DNA of 63,483 nt, filler included, from Octopus bimaculoides (GCF_001194135.2; 5 parts of 5 records of this genome joined end to end with filler, not necessarily neighbours in it), one strand, 5' to 3'; positions 37,501-51,290 are shown, numbered from the whole stretch's first letter. Notes: generated by a model from the letters alone, not told the origin. Made by a program: numbers and translations.

Positions 37501-40500
37501 TACATGTTACCAGTAGTGTTAAAGAGTGACCTGACAAACCAACTGAAGATTAATGGCGAAGAAAAAACTTTGGGGTAAAATTCATCCAGTCAAGAAGCTG
37601 TTCACTGTGAAAGCTAATCCCCTAATTATGAACAAAGGACAATTTAGAAAAAAGTAGTCCCTCCTCCCAGAAACAATTAGCATGAAACACACAATACAAA
37701 AAAGAAATTAAGAAGCCTAAGACTTCCACTAATTGTTTGCTAGCATGAATAATTGTTTTCCCGGCCTCACTATCTCTGACTGTGAAATTTTACCACTTTC
37801 TTCACAGTATCAGCTTGGTTCCACTCTCTCCACCTAAACCTTTGCTTTATATCTATTCCTCTACTTGATTTCCCGTTTAAACAACTGAACCACACATCAG
37901 GACTCACGGATAGTGATTAAACATCTTGTCTATCAAATTTCTTACATTGGACTATTTATTCTAAGAAACCTTCATCCGTAACACACAATAACACACCTAT
38001 ACACAGTAGAGACAAAGGAAGTAAGCGAGAAGGCTTTTGGGCCGATGTAATCATAAGACAACATAAATGCAACAACAGCAACAGTCACTAGCGTAGCAAG
38101 TATCTGAAATTGAGAAATACATTTGTCCGTCTTGAGATTTTATGTTATATGAGTCAAACTTGATCCGGTATTGCATATACAGTCTCGATGAAGTGTATTT
38201 GTAAATAGTTCTCTAAATCAAATTTATTCGCAGGCTGCCCGTTCACTCATGCGCGCGAGCATCCGCACATAACCATTCAACATCGCACGAATGGAGGCAT
38301 ACGCAAAATGAATAGATACTCAAACACATACTCTCATATGTATGCCCAAACATACGCGCAGGTTGTTCTGAGATCCATATGATAGATGCATTCCAGATGC
38401 TATTTCATTTATTTACATCTTGTTTCCATGCATATGCATTACGATGCATTATAGCACCTTCTAACTTCTTTCCAAACGCAGTCGTATGGCGACATAAACG
38501 TAGGAAAGGATAGTTGATTCATATCAAACGCGATAGTTGATTCATATCAAACTCAAAAGGCAAAAAAAGGTATTTTAATTAACGATGTACAATGTCTCCG
38601 AATCTACATAAAAAAAAAAATTAATAGAAGAAACATTATATATTTTTGCTTCTGTTTCTTAGCAACACCACCAATATATTTTAGTATCTTTCTAGGAATT
38701 ATTAATAATGTCATGGAATTTACTCCCTTATCCATGGACCGACCAACTGGTACAAATTATTGTGAAGTATTACTATATATGAATACATTAATGTACAGTT
38801 AAAAGATAAATTAGGATAGATGAAGAAATTGATAGACTGAACTCAACTAAATGATTAATCCCTCAATTGACAAGTCGTTCGAGAATTCTGAGCATTACTA
38901 AGAATATTTAATATTACCATTCCAATATGCAAAGCGAAAATACTTCATCAATAGTTTTGTATAAAATTACGAATAATTTTTGTTACATCTTCTGTCCCAG
39001 AAGTATTGAAGAATATTGTAAAAATAGAAGACATAATTAAAATATTTTTAACCATTTTCATTGATTTGGGAATTATTAAAAAACATGTCCGTTCTCTTAA
39101 AAATTCTTTAAGAAACGGGTTTATTTGAATAATAGTTGGCATGAATAAACTTTTATTCCAACAATAACTACCAGATCGTTTTATTTCAATGTTTACCTAG
39201 CATGTCTTAATGATCATCGTTAACGGAAGTGTGAACACTTTCGTGAAATTTTTCTGTTGAGATTAATTACTACATTGCAATTTCTTAACAAAGACATGCA
39301 TCTACATAGAAATAATTTACAATCACTATAATAGTTTCTCAATTAAATGATCGACTGTACAATAGTATCTCATGAATTCCCAAATTAAACCTGGGATCAT
39401 CAAACCAATCATTAGAATAATGCTTTGTATGACTAAAGAAAAGTGCAGTTACATTCTTTTGTTTGTGTAATGATGTATGTTCATGCAACCATCCAACAGT
39501 ATATGTAAGAATATTCTACATTGAAGAATAATACATGTTGCTTATCATAAAGTAGAAATTCTTACAACGAACCATTTCTTAAGCTCTACATTTTATCTGA
39601 TCCTATATATTAGTTATGATTGAATTTTATTCAGTGCAGCCTAATCTTTACTGAATCTATGAAACAGAATATGTGAAGTCATTTCTGTACACCACACTTC
39701 TCTCGTTTCCTCTTCAACATATCAAACAGCAAACATAGTGAGGGCCAAAGTTCCGAAGTAGAAAAGCGCAGTTGGTGCACCGCTTGAAGCCACCAGATAA
39801 ATACCTCCAAGATTACAATGTGCAATTTGTTTAGTGACGTTCATTCAACCCGGTATGATAGAGAGAGAAAGAGACAGAGAGAGGGGGAAGAGAGAGACAA
39901 CAGATAGAGAACAACGAATCCTTAGTAAATTTATATCTACAGATTTTGCATTTCATATATAATAACTGGTCATAAAAGGGTTTATTATTGTAACCGAAAG
40001 GTCGTCTGGCCTTACCACAAAATTTATCTCAGTTGACCAAACTCTTAACTTTGATATAGCTGAGTCCGTCTCACAGAAAATAAATACATTATGAGAAAAC
40101 TACAACATTCAAACTTTATGTGTACTGCAATAATAGAGACATCGTTTTATTATGTCATAGAGTGGAGGTCGAAACCACGTGAGTTGAGATAGCTATATCA
40201 ATTATAGTCTATTTGAAAAAAAAGTCTTTTGTGTTGATTTCCCTAGATGATGCTGCAAGATTCATAATACAAGGCTTATATGAAATAAAATCCATTGCAT
40301 TGGATACACGCATAATCACAATTACGCACATAAAACATTCATCCACCAATATATTCTATATTTGTTTTTGTTTGCAAAAGACATTATACACATCATTAAA
40401 ATTCTGAACAAATTAAGTTTTCTTTATTAGTTTGCAATATGACAATAAATATTTTAAAATGAAATTTCCAAACTTCATACCTGCGTACATTTAGTTCAAT

Positions 40501-41037
40501 TTAATATTCATTTTCAAGCAAAAATATCGAGACTAATATTTGAAAGCAAGCAGTCCAATGAAAACACATTCCATTCGTTTATCTGATGTCAGTATAAACA
40601 ATGTATTTTCTGAAAATTGAATGTGTCCTAAGGTCTAAACATCATAGCAACTTTAGTATAATATCAAATGCATTTGTTCATTTGTTTTTGTTTTTTTTTT
40701 GTATTTTTGAAATATATATTGAAATGAAAAACAAGCCATTACGTTCTATCAATTCGATTGTATATGTCAAAGTATTGTCTTTAAAATTTTTCCAACCAGT
40801 CAATTAAGTCTGAGATTTAGTCTCTTAAAAAATCCAGATGCATAGTGACATAACGTTATATATTGTGATCTACTTTTATACAAATATGCAAGAGAAGTAA
40901 TGGGGAATATTTTGTATTAAAGTTCACAATATATCGAACTCGTGGTATCTTTACATTTATTATTCATTTATACGTATCGATAAATACATTTTGCTCTCAG
41001 TATAAATATATTACATTCTGTAGAAGCATACATACAT

Positions 41038-41135
41038 TTACATTATTTAGATTATTTATATTTGACGGATATTTGTCCGCATCAAACAAGATGAGGACAA
41101 ATATCCGTCAAATGTAAATATTGTAAATAATGTAC
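41038..41135. repeat. Near-perfect fold-back (~45-bp arms, 6-nt loop AAACAA)
   Basis: ATTTATATTTGACGGATATTTGTCCGCATC / GATGAGGACAAATATCCGTCAAATGTAAAT; the right arm is a dispersed repeat also seen inverted at 59170-59245. Confidence 0.9.
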
Positions 41136-41499
41136 ATAATTCCTCATCTCTTAAATATAGGACTGGATACTTACATTGCTCAATTTTATGAACCGACCAC
41201 CTTTAACACTGATTGATGCCCAGATCAACGATGTTGGGCACATTTCTGCAGTATACAATGTGCACATCCAGCGACCATGCTCATGATACATCTGTGTTTT
41301 AGTTGTCTAATTGTTGCCATGCTGGGGTATCAATTTGCAATGAGGTATTCGAAACTCAGTATTTATGCTTATTTATTTAAGTCTGGTACACATTATATTA
41401 GATAATTTAACAAGCCGCTACATTACAGAGAGGTAAGCAAACAGAACAGGTTGTCAAATATTAGTGGGGGAGGCGACAAAGTGAAAAAACATACACACG

Positions 41500-41640
41500 C
41501 ACATACATACAAGACAGGTTTCCAAACAATATCATTCTACCAAATTCACTCACAAAGCCTTGATAGAACCGAGGCTATAGTGAAACATACTGAAGAAGAT
41601 TCTGTATATTGGTACTAAATTCCAAACTACGTGGTTACAA
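41500..41640 (-). mobile_element. Diverged CORE-like SINE 5' part
   Basis: Reads CTACCAAATTCACTCACAAAGCCTTGATAGAACCGAGGCTATAGTG...CCAAACTACGTGGTT. Confidence 0.7.
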
Positions 41641-43254
41641 GTTAAGCTTTTTGGTGGCAAAGCTACGCCTGTGTCTATAAATATCTACAAACACTTAGCT
41701 ACATCATGTATATGGATAAATTAGTGTTGTACATATAGAAACAATCGAACATACACACGCATAATCGATGGTCTTACATTGACTGAGTGCTGTGTGCACG
41801 TTAACAATAGTAGTACGTAACTTCTGAAGAAATGACGTGGAACAATATGATGCGCAGAGCGAGTATACTTCTGTATGTGTATGTTTATGCGCGCTTGTTT
41901 TCCCGCAGCATGTGCATAGTCTGTGTGTAGTTTTGTGTGTGTGCATGCGTATACGTGTGTGTATGTGTGTAAGTGCGTGCGTGTGTGCACGTGGTTAGAT
42001 ATGTATACGTAAATGTGTGCAGATGCATGTGCCGAAAAAAATGCCAGTGACGTGGTAGTAAAAAATATTTAAGAACATAATACCCCAAACAAACGTTTGT
42101 CTAAGAGGAAGAATTTTGAAGCCAATGCCATAAATCTGTCATATCCATTGACCTAGGGTCTCGGTTCCCTTTCTTATATATTTCACCAGACTGCTGATAC
42201 TTTAGATGCTATAATTGCATGTATATATATATGTGTTTGAAATAAATTTCAGATATTCTGAGACACTCGTATTAAGTGCAGGAGCTACTTGGAGGTTTTG
42301 CAAGCTCTTCTAAACCCATTACAATACAGGAAACCCTTCCATATCATCAGCTAACGTCTCAGGGTCACAAGTGTTTCGCTCGTTAGCCTGAACGCATCAC
42401 CTGAGTGGGGTAGCGATGAGTGAGCTAGTCTTCAGCTATAGAAGGGTTCCACTTGCAGTTTTGCAATAGTCGGCTGGGTTACAAACTTATCTTCTGCAGT
42501 AAATAGTGCACGGATCCGGCTGGAAGGCCGCGAAATCTGACTTCAATAGGAACTGAGGTTGTATATCGGCCCTTGACAAGGGCCTTGTTGTCTAAGAACT
42601 GATATTTGGATTTTTTGTTAGGAAATATGGGGTTTGTGCTTTCAGGGTACGGTGAGTTTTACACAATGATTGTTTTTGTATTCTTGGATAGCAAGAACAT
42701 GTTTGCACAAAGTTATGTTACCACTACCTCCATTTGAGAAGAAAAGTCTGCCCCACAGATCATCTTGCATCTCCTAGACTTAGATTGAACGCAAAATAGA
42801 AAATGCACTTTGGAGAAGCTGGTGAAGCTCGCTTGGGTACTCTTTGACATGATGCAGCCATGTAACAGCTATACTTATTTGTCACATAGATGCCACATGG
42901 GCAGCACATCAGCATGAGAGAAAGATTGAACGACACATATTTTGATCGTTTTGTAACCATCATTTAGAAATATTTTACACTAAAAAAGGTTTATGTTTGG
43001 CAACTCAGCCGTCGAGCACTTGGACGTCTGATCACTGTGAATGCTTCTTTTATTTAATCACAGATGAAATGTGTATGGAATACTTGCAGATGTGTGAACG
43101 TAAATACTTCACATGAATATCTTTTATGGAAATCTACTTTGCGTGACATTATTTATTAATTCTAGATTGACAGACGTTTACGTTTATTGTTGAAAATGCA
43201 CTTAAATTTCAAGACAATGCAATTGTTTAAAACAAATTTATTTACATATATATA

Positions 43255-43296
43255 TACCAAACTAGTTTCGACAATATTTTTTGTTTATCAATGGTA
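43255..43296 (-). ncRNA. Decayed minimal hammerhead motif (probably inactive)
   Basis: Minus strand TACCA-TTGATAA-ACAA AAAATA TTGT C-GAAACTAGTT-TGGTA: stems I and II and palindromic ACTAGT are intact, while the core is mutated from CTGATGA. Confidence 0.45.
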
Positions 43297-44149
43297 AAAA
43301 ATTGCAATTTTCAATTAGAAAAGCATCGTTCAAAGTTTCAATGATGACAAATCAAAAAGTTCATAAGAGACAAATTTAGAATTACGAATTAGGAGATGTT
43401 CAGAAATTTCAATGTTGACAAGCTTAAATGTTCATAACATTCAATAATATTAAAACTGTGCATCAATTTGTTTCAATATACAAAGCTTATTAGTGTTAGT
43501 AATAATCGACAAGAAATGAGCATTATCAAATTTTCAGTTATACTTAGTTAAGAGCGGAAAGCATACTCATTAAAAATATAAATTGCAGCTGAATATCCTT
43601 AGAAAGAAGAAAAACACCGAAGAAAAAAGAAAAAAAAAACACTCAATTTCTCCAGAAAAAAAAAACAAACAATCAGGAACAACAAACAATTCAAAAAAAT
43701 TTAGTAACAATATTTCAACAGGGCTTCGAAATTGCAACTCCATATCACCATAGAAACAACAGTTGGTCTATCTCTAGACCAATGGAATTTTTACAAACAA
43801 CAGTTGGTAACGTGACCTAACTCTAGGAAACCGAATTTCAGCAAATACGACAACGTGACCCTTTAGGGGAATCAACCAACCGGAATGACTGATGATCGTT
43901 CCCCACAGGGAAGCCAACCAAGTAGAAAGACACTCTTGACCACTGGAAAAACAAGACGTCATCAGTACTTTAACGATGGAAAAATCAGATCCGCTTGCGG
44001 AAAAAAATTATAAATACACACGTTGGTGGAATAATATCGTCAGTCTTCAAGTTTGAATTTTACAACTGGAGAAAAGGAAAAGAAAGAAAAAGGAGGTGAA
44101 AACGAAAAGGAAAATAAAGGAAAAGACCAAAGTAGAATATTCAATGAAA

Positions 44150-45720
44150 TTTGTGTAAATTTGACGAAATTCTCCTGTCATTTTATTCATTCCTCCAAGG
44201 CGTGATGTTAATAACACGAAAACATATTTCTACTCATGCATTTTGAGTATTGAAATTGTATCAGATTCAGAATATTTTCTGAGAATATGCACTTTCATGT
44301 GTTTTCCATTATTGCAGCCGTTTGATGTAAAATGTTCAGCAAGTTAATGTGTCTGACTTCATATCTGTGCCTATTAAATCTTTAGTCTAATTGCTCTTTT
44401 TTACAAGCAACATAAATCAAGTTGTCTCGCGCATTCTGCCTCGTACACCAAATGAGAATCTTTACATGTCCCATCTTCTGTATAAATCATAACATTTTTG
44501 TTATGATTCGTGAGCGAATTCATTTGACTCGTGTTATTGCCCATTGAGCAGAGCTTACCTCTCTTGCGGCTGTTCTTCAAGGTACAGCGTGCAGATACTC
44601 CAATATTAGTTTCCTTGGAGTCAGAAGTATAGCTTAATACATATCGTTTAGTTCCGTCTAAAGACTATAATAGGCCTCTGAGGAAATATTAATTTGAAAC
44701 GAGGATATTTTTCCGCAACATGCCGGTAACTTCCAAGCAACACTTGAAATGCTAGCAAAATTTCGGTGCCTGTTAATCACTAATGTAATTTTGTCACATA
44801 TTGTACTGCGTTTGCTAACATTTTGTGTGAAGGTATAACTTTCTTTGCTAATCTTAGCTGTGTCGTTTTCTATTTTCTTTAATCATAATTCACTGTAACC
44901 GCGTGTGACGTAATGGTGTACAAAAGCATTTGCATGTTTTATAGTAATCCCCTATGTCCGTACAAATCCGTTTCATCCTAAAAAATTGAGTTTCCGAATT
45001 TGAAAGAATTACATGATGTGGATGATTGGAGCGACGGTGGATGTAAATGTGACATGACATGTACTTGCAAAATAACTGTCACTATTCTGCCTATAGAAAT
45101 CTTAACTTTTTTGTCCAAAAATTCAACGCTACTTTTTGAAAAAGTAGACGTAAATGTAATGTTGGACTTAAGGCCATACTTTTTAGCAAAGCAGTCACAG
45201 AAATGCAAGAAGTCAATTAAACTATTCTGTGACCCTTCTCAAGCTAAAAAAAGAAAAAAAACAGGCATTATTGAACCAGAACAATTTAGAGATTCCCAGT
45301 GTTATTTCATGACCATATAGGGATTTGAATGTCTTCAGTAACTGTGTCTCGAATAATTCGTCATGAAGACATTAGCAAAATTAACTACTATAGCGGGTAC
45401 ACATGGCGCGACCCCTCGTCTGGTGGCAAAGTTTTTGTCCAAACATCATTGTGTTACTTTGTAACACAAACCTTAATAAAATTTGATGGAGTACCTTTGT
45501 TTGACCGTTTTTTCAATGCACCCCTTCATTGTAGTCAATATTGGGATATAAGGAAGAAACAGTGATTAAAAAAGTTGCTGATTTTAGACACCAATCAAAA
45601 TTATCCCGAATATATAAGAACTTGATCTTTTCGGGACAGGGAGTAGAAAGCCATTCAGCCACTCCAAAATTTCGGCTGTAAACCATTCATATCCGATGCA
45701 GATTGGGCGCATTGGAGGAA
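44150..45720 (-). mobile_element. Penelope-like element relic (RT plus GIY-YIG endonuclease)
   Basis: VSSLYPNIDYNEG; VLQSNTMMFGQKLCHQTRGRAMCTR...ANVFM; NITFTSTFSKSSVEFLDKKVKI; then DNLIYV...LAEHFTSNGC...MKVHIL...LTSRLGGMN. Many stops and frameshifts. Confidence 0.8.
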
Positions 45721-45741
45721 ATCTTTCGATGCGTGGTACTG

Positions 45742-45805
<64 letters not shown>

Positions 45806-45806
45806 G

Positions 45807-45933
45807 TTCAGTAGTTTTATTTTTATAACGTGCTTTCACTTCACTACCGAGCGGAGCTCTGTGCGCCTTGGGTATGTGCTGTGGTTTGCTGTGGTGCGCT
45901 TATGTTTACTGTATTGAAAGTGTTTTGCGTAGA
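45807..45933 (-). mobile_element. ~127-bp R4/Dong-like 3'-end insertion embedded in (TAA)n (45743-45806 and 45934-45996)
   Basis: Contains the last ~9 codons plus a 3' UTR that differs from 21675-21772 at only 2 positions by eye. Confidence 0.92.
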
Positions 45934-45996
<63 letters not shown>

Positions 45997-46029
45997 GAGC
46001 GAGAGAGCAGTGAATGCCATCAAAGTGAC

Positions 46030-46600
46030 ACTGGGGTATCACTACTATTCCGTAGTTTTATCTTTATCACGTGCTTTAACTGCACTACCGTGTAAATTGG
46101 GTATGTGTAAATTGGGTATGGGTAAATTGGATATGTGCTGTGGTTTGTTGAGGTACTCTTATTATCACTTTATTGCAAGCACTTTACGTCGGATGTGCGC
46201 GGTGTCTAGTAGTGCTATTTTCTGTATGTTATATATACTTGTAAGTGCTGGTATTTTTGTTATATATTTGTCTGAATGTCTTTTTTTATCATACCTAATG
46301 CGAGTACTATAATAGGAATTGTTTCTGTTTTTAAGCTCCTCGTTCCAGTTAACACTATTTCCAGACTTTTGTCATCTATCGGTATTGATACATCCATTAG
46401 AAAGCATTTTGTTTGATTTGCTGTCTCTGACAACTATATCTAGTCTATTAGCCTTGATTTCTCTATCTTTGTGTATTGGCATATCCCAGAGTAAGATTGC
46501 TTTCTCAATTTCTGTGACCTTTTCCGAGGTGTTCTTATACCATCCTTTTCAGGATGCTGATTGCAGATCTCCTACAACGTTCGTCAATATCGACATTTTT
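46030..46600 (-). mobile_element. Older R4/Dong-like RLE plus 3' UTR copy
   Basis: Translates as WYKNTSEKVTEIEKAILLWDMPIHKDREIKANRLDIVVRD...TETIPII...NIQKIALLDTAHIRRKVL. Confidence 0.85.
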
Positions 46601-46699
46601 TCTGCCATATTAGAAATCTCTGAACTGCTTGTACATTTGTGTGCGAATCATACACCCCTTTCCATACACTTTCTGAAAATTTGCGTGGGTGCCTAAGCA

Positions 46700-47222
46700 G
46701 GTATCTCCATGACAACATAGGACTACTTCAAGTGCCTGGAGGAGGTAGTGCTGCCTTGCGCAAAGAAGGTGACTGCTGGAAGACCCTATGTCGAGCAAGA
46801 TGACGCCGCACCATGCCACACATGCCGTTGAACACAGTCATGGCTGTCAGGCAATTTCTACGACCACATTACCCCTAACACCTGACCACCCCAGACTGCA
46901 GCCCCCCCTGATTAGTATGTGCAGGGTGCAGTTAAGCGAGAGACCAACAAAACTCCTTGTAACACCAAAGATGAACTGAAGGCAAGGATTATGGCAGTAT
47001 TCAACAACTTAAACAAAGAGACCATCCAGAAGAGTTGAGGAACTTTCCAAAGTCGTCTGGCGGCCGAGGTTGAAGCCAACGGCGCTTTTATTAAATAGAT
47101 TTTCTCTTTAGTATTTCAAAGTATTTTAATGTAATTTTGGTAAATATATCTGTTAAAATGAGGTGTCAGTGTTACTGTCATTTATGCGTAATTTTGACGA
47201 CAAATTATTCACTACATCCTGT
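46700..47222 (+). mobile_element. Tc1/mariner (maT/DD37D-like) 3' relic with terminal ...CATCCTG|TA
   Basis: Translates as EEVVLP...GRPYVEQDDAAPCHT...WLSGNFYDHITPN...PDCSPPD*YV.GAVKRETNKTPCNTKDELKARI...SRLAAEVEANG. Confidence 0.85.
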
Positions 47223-47935
47223 ATANNNNNNNNNNNNNNNNNNNNNNNNNNNNNNNNNNNNNNNNNNNNNNNNNNNNNNNNNNNNNNNNNNNNNNNNNNN
47301 NNNNNNNNNNNNNNNNNNNNNNNNNNNNNNNNNNNNNNNNNNNNNNNNNNNNNNNNNNNNNNNNNNNNNNNNNNNNNNNNNNNNNNNNNNNNNNNNNNNN
47401 NNNNNNNNNNNNNNNNNNNNNNNNNNNNNNNNNNNNNNNNNNNNNNNNNNNNNNNNNNNNNNNNNNNNNNNNNNNNNNNNNNNNNNNNNNNNNNNNNNNN
47501 NNNNNNNNNNNNNNNNNNNNNNNNNNNNNNNNNNNNNNNNNNNNNNNNNNNNNNNNNNNNNNNNNNNNNNNNNNNNNNNNNNNNNNNNNNNNNNNNNNNN
47601 NNNNNNNNNNNNNNNNNNNNNNNNNNNNNNNNNNNNNNNNNNNNNNNNNNNNNNNNNNNNNNNNNNNNNNNNNNNNNNNNNNNNNNNNNNNNNNNNNNNN
47701 NNNNNNNNNNNNNNNNNNNNNNNNNNNNNNNNNNNNNNNNNNNATATATATATATATATACCCATTTAACCTAATGTGTTTTTCTATTCAATAACTTCTC
47801 ATGGGTTTTCTGATGTCCCTGTAGGAAAAAGCATATAATTCCTCAAGCATTTGCACATATTTATTCTCATACACATGCACACACATATATAAATATATAT
47901 ATATATATGTGTGTGTATGAGTGCGTGTGTTTATC

Positions 47936-47967
<32 letters not shown>

Positions 47968-48608
47968 GTACCTCAGTCGTATATATAAGGTCCACATTCT
48001 GAAATTATTATCATAGTATGATAAATGAGAGACTAGAAATCATATTTAATTATAAAAGGCAGTCTGTACGTTTCTGTCCTTTTTGTCGACCTTAACACAT
48101 TTGACACTAGATATTTTTAAGAATGCAATATAGCTGATGTTCTGAAATTTCTCTGTCATCACAACGTTACAAAACCTGCACTGAATTTGACTGGCAAAAT
48201 CTTCCATGGTTTAACAAATTGAAAGTGCGCAAGAAATTATTCACAATGGGAAATGACTGTGGTGTTCGTGTATGAAAGACTGTCGCAGATAATCCATTGT
48301 AGGAGGTAATGTATTTATTTAATTCATCATATTCGAAAAAGAAATGGTGGCAGATAAACATCATTTAAAATTGCACGGAATAAATGCAAATGCGCCCGCA
48401 CACACAAACACAAACGCACACAGACACGTACAAACGTGCGTGCACACACACGCACACACACCCACACACACACACGCACGGGCACACGCAATAAACACAA
48501 ACACACACACTTACGCCTAAAAGATCTGGGTTTAATTTTTGACAACAACAATACGTGAAATACCAGGAAACATTTATTATGCCATTTATTATGCGCTGGT
48601 CTGATATA

Positions 48609-49528
48609 CAAGGTGGCAATAAAGTAACAATACAATTACTTATAATAAAAGAAGCTAAGCAGAATCAGAAGAAAAAAAAGCAAAGCAATACATACGACAC
48701 AGAAACAGGTTTCATGACTGTAGTTTATAAATCATCAAAGTTGGTTTATAATTGTAGCTTATCGGAAGTTAATCTGACAAATGAGAGTGACCAAAGATAT
48801 GACGAAGCACGAGTCAAGCTATCTAGAAGTGTACCAGACAGAATTGAACTTACTGGGATTCAGAGAATCCTCATCTAAACATCCAAAGTCAATTGAACCA
48901 ACCAGGAGTAATTGTTCGGGCTGGCGTATCAAGTTCTGGAATCATCGGTCCTACTTTCTTTGATGAAACAGTCACTGTAACTAACTACTTAGAAACATTA
49001 CAAACCGCTGTAGTCCCTGTTTTACAACAAAAGAATGAGTTCCATGACCTTTACTTTCATTAGGACGGGTCACCACCACATTTCGCCCTCAAAGTAAGAA
49101 ATTATCTTGATGTAATATTTCCAGAAAACGGCTAGGATGACGTGGCAGGCCTTGAGTGGCCTCCTCACACACCAGATTTGACCCCAACGAATATCGCTAT
49201 ATGGGGAATTATCAAAGATTCCGTTTTCGCAAAGAAACCGAGAAATATCGATGACCTCAATAAATTTATTCGAGATGCATTAGCAGATTTACGCCGTCAG
49301 AACCATTTGTGTCGTGACATTTGTCGAAGCGTTCTCTCACGTTGTAAGGAATGCACTAGAGCAGGTGGCTTGCAGCTCGACCAGTATCGGTAATTAATTT
49401 ATTATTGTTTCCCATACCATTTTATTGTTATTAACCAGAATTAACCAGAGCTATTTCCATAATAAATTACTGGACTCTTTGTTATTTGTTATTGTAAGTA
49501 ACTGTATAGTGACCGTCTTGCCACACTG
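48609..49528 (+). mobile_element. Internally deleted Tc1/mariner (rosa/DD41D-like) with both TIRs and TA TSD
   Basis: TA|CAAGGTGGCAATAAAGTAACAATACAATTACTTA versus reverse-complement TA|CAGTGTGGCAAGACGGTCACTATACAGTTACTTA. Internal translation: DEA...YWDSENPH...GVIVRAGVSSSGIIGP.FFD...DGSPPH...EWPPHTPDLTP..IWGIIKD. Confidence 0.88.
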
Positions 49529-49915
49529 TATATTGGGAAAATAGATCCAGTTTTTAGAAAGAAATGTTTAAATATTTATTTCGATATGTTAGCATCCTAC
49601 AATTGATCGATGTTTTATAATAGTTATTAAAAATATATTATTGTGTGAGTGTAGTTATGTGCATGATTGTGTGCGAGAGCAGAATGTCTATGTATATGCA
49701 TGTGAGTTTTTATGTAGGTCTTTATACCGGTTGTAGCGTATGATATGTTCCTTAGGCAGCATTAATTAGTAGTTCTGCGATTAAATATGGTAGATAAGAA
49801 TTAGATATAATTACAATTAGAATATGATCGTTTGATTGTGTAATAGGGAGCTACAGTTAAATGTGTACACTTACACACACGCGCACTCATACACACACAC
49901 ACACACACATACACT

Positions 49916-49947
<32 letters not shown>

Positions 49948-50662
49948 CACATATGTACGTAGGTATACGTATTGTATATTATATATATATATGTATGTGT
50001 TTAAACAAACAGAGAAAACACAAATACAGCGCATGAATTAAGCATGAGATTATGAATCTATTCCTTGTTCATCTCTAATAATAAATAAATCTACATAACC
50101 TTATCAGTTCTATATTAAATGAAGTTAGTATCATAAGGTTATATATATATATATANNNNNNNNNNNNNNNNNNNNNNNNNNNNNNNNNNNNNNNNNNNNN
50201 NNNNNNNNNNNNNNNNNNNNNNNNNNNNNNNNNNNNNNNNNNNNNNNNNNNNNNNNNNNNNNNNNNNNNNNNNNNNNNNNNNNNNNNNNNNNNNNNNNNN
50301 NNNNNNNNNNNNNNNNNNNNNNNNNNNNNNNNNNNNNNNNNNNNNNNNNNNNNNNNNNNNNNNNNNNNNNNNNNNNNNNNNNNNNNNNNNNNNNNNNNNN
50401 NNNNNNNNNNNNNNNNNNNNNNNNNNNNNNNNNNNNNNNNNNNNNNNNNNNNNNNNNNNNNNNNNNNNNNNNNNNNNNNNNNNNNNNNNNNNNNNNNNNN
50501 NNNNNNNNNNNNNNNNNNNNNNNNNNNNNNNNNNNNNNNNNNNNNNNNNNNNNNNNNNNNNNNNNNNNNNNNNNNNNNNNNNNNNNNNNNNNNNNNNNNN
50601 NNNNNNNNNNNNNNNNNNNNNNNNNNNNNNNNNNNNNNNNNNNNNNNNNNNNNNNNNNNNNN

Positions 50663-50693
<31 letters not shown>

Positions 50694-50711
50694 CATACAT
50701 ACATTGTATAC

Positions 50712-51120
50712 ATCACTAATATGAACAAAGGCACTAATCAGCACTAGTATTGTTTGAAATAAGAGTCAAAGCAACTCAATAAACACAGAAAGCACTATCT
50801 TAATGAGCTAAGTCACCGATGATTTTGCATTTTGATGCCTAACGCATCTTCATACTCACTGTTAGCTCCCCACAGTGAATAGAGTTAAATCCATCTCACC
50901 TTGTCAGCTTATAAGATCTCCGTTGAAATCATATGCTGATTTCTTAAACGGTAAACATGATAATTATAAGTAATATAGGTGGCTAATTCGCAATTGTATA
51001 ACCTAAAAGCAGAATATATACACTACTAAAATGAACAAGGCACTAATCAGCATGAGTGTTGCTAGAAATAGGACTAAAATCAATTCAATAACCAAAAAAA
51101 GCAATTTCTTAATGAGCTGA
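50712..51120. repeat. Diverged ~100-bp direct duplication (50712-50810 / 51022-51120)
   Basis: Both copies read ATGAACAA(A)GGCACTAATCAGCA...GAAATA...TCTTAATGAGCT. Confidence 0.7.
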
Positions 51121-51146
51121 CGCACACACACACACACCCACATACT

Positions 51147-51184
<38 letters not shown>

Positions 51185-51290
51185 AATCCACGCACAAAAT
51201 ACATACATACGTATATTCATACATTTCTCTAAATACATGCACATGCGTACACATATACATGCATGCATATATAACGCTGCATATGTACAT

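Noticed and set aside
39680-39850. 40-codon minus ORF with a hydrophobic tail (GPI-like), or a plus-strand exon
   Set aside because: There is no convincing acceptor and no frame open between splice sites.
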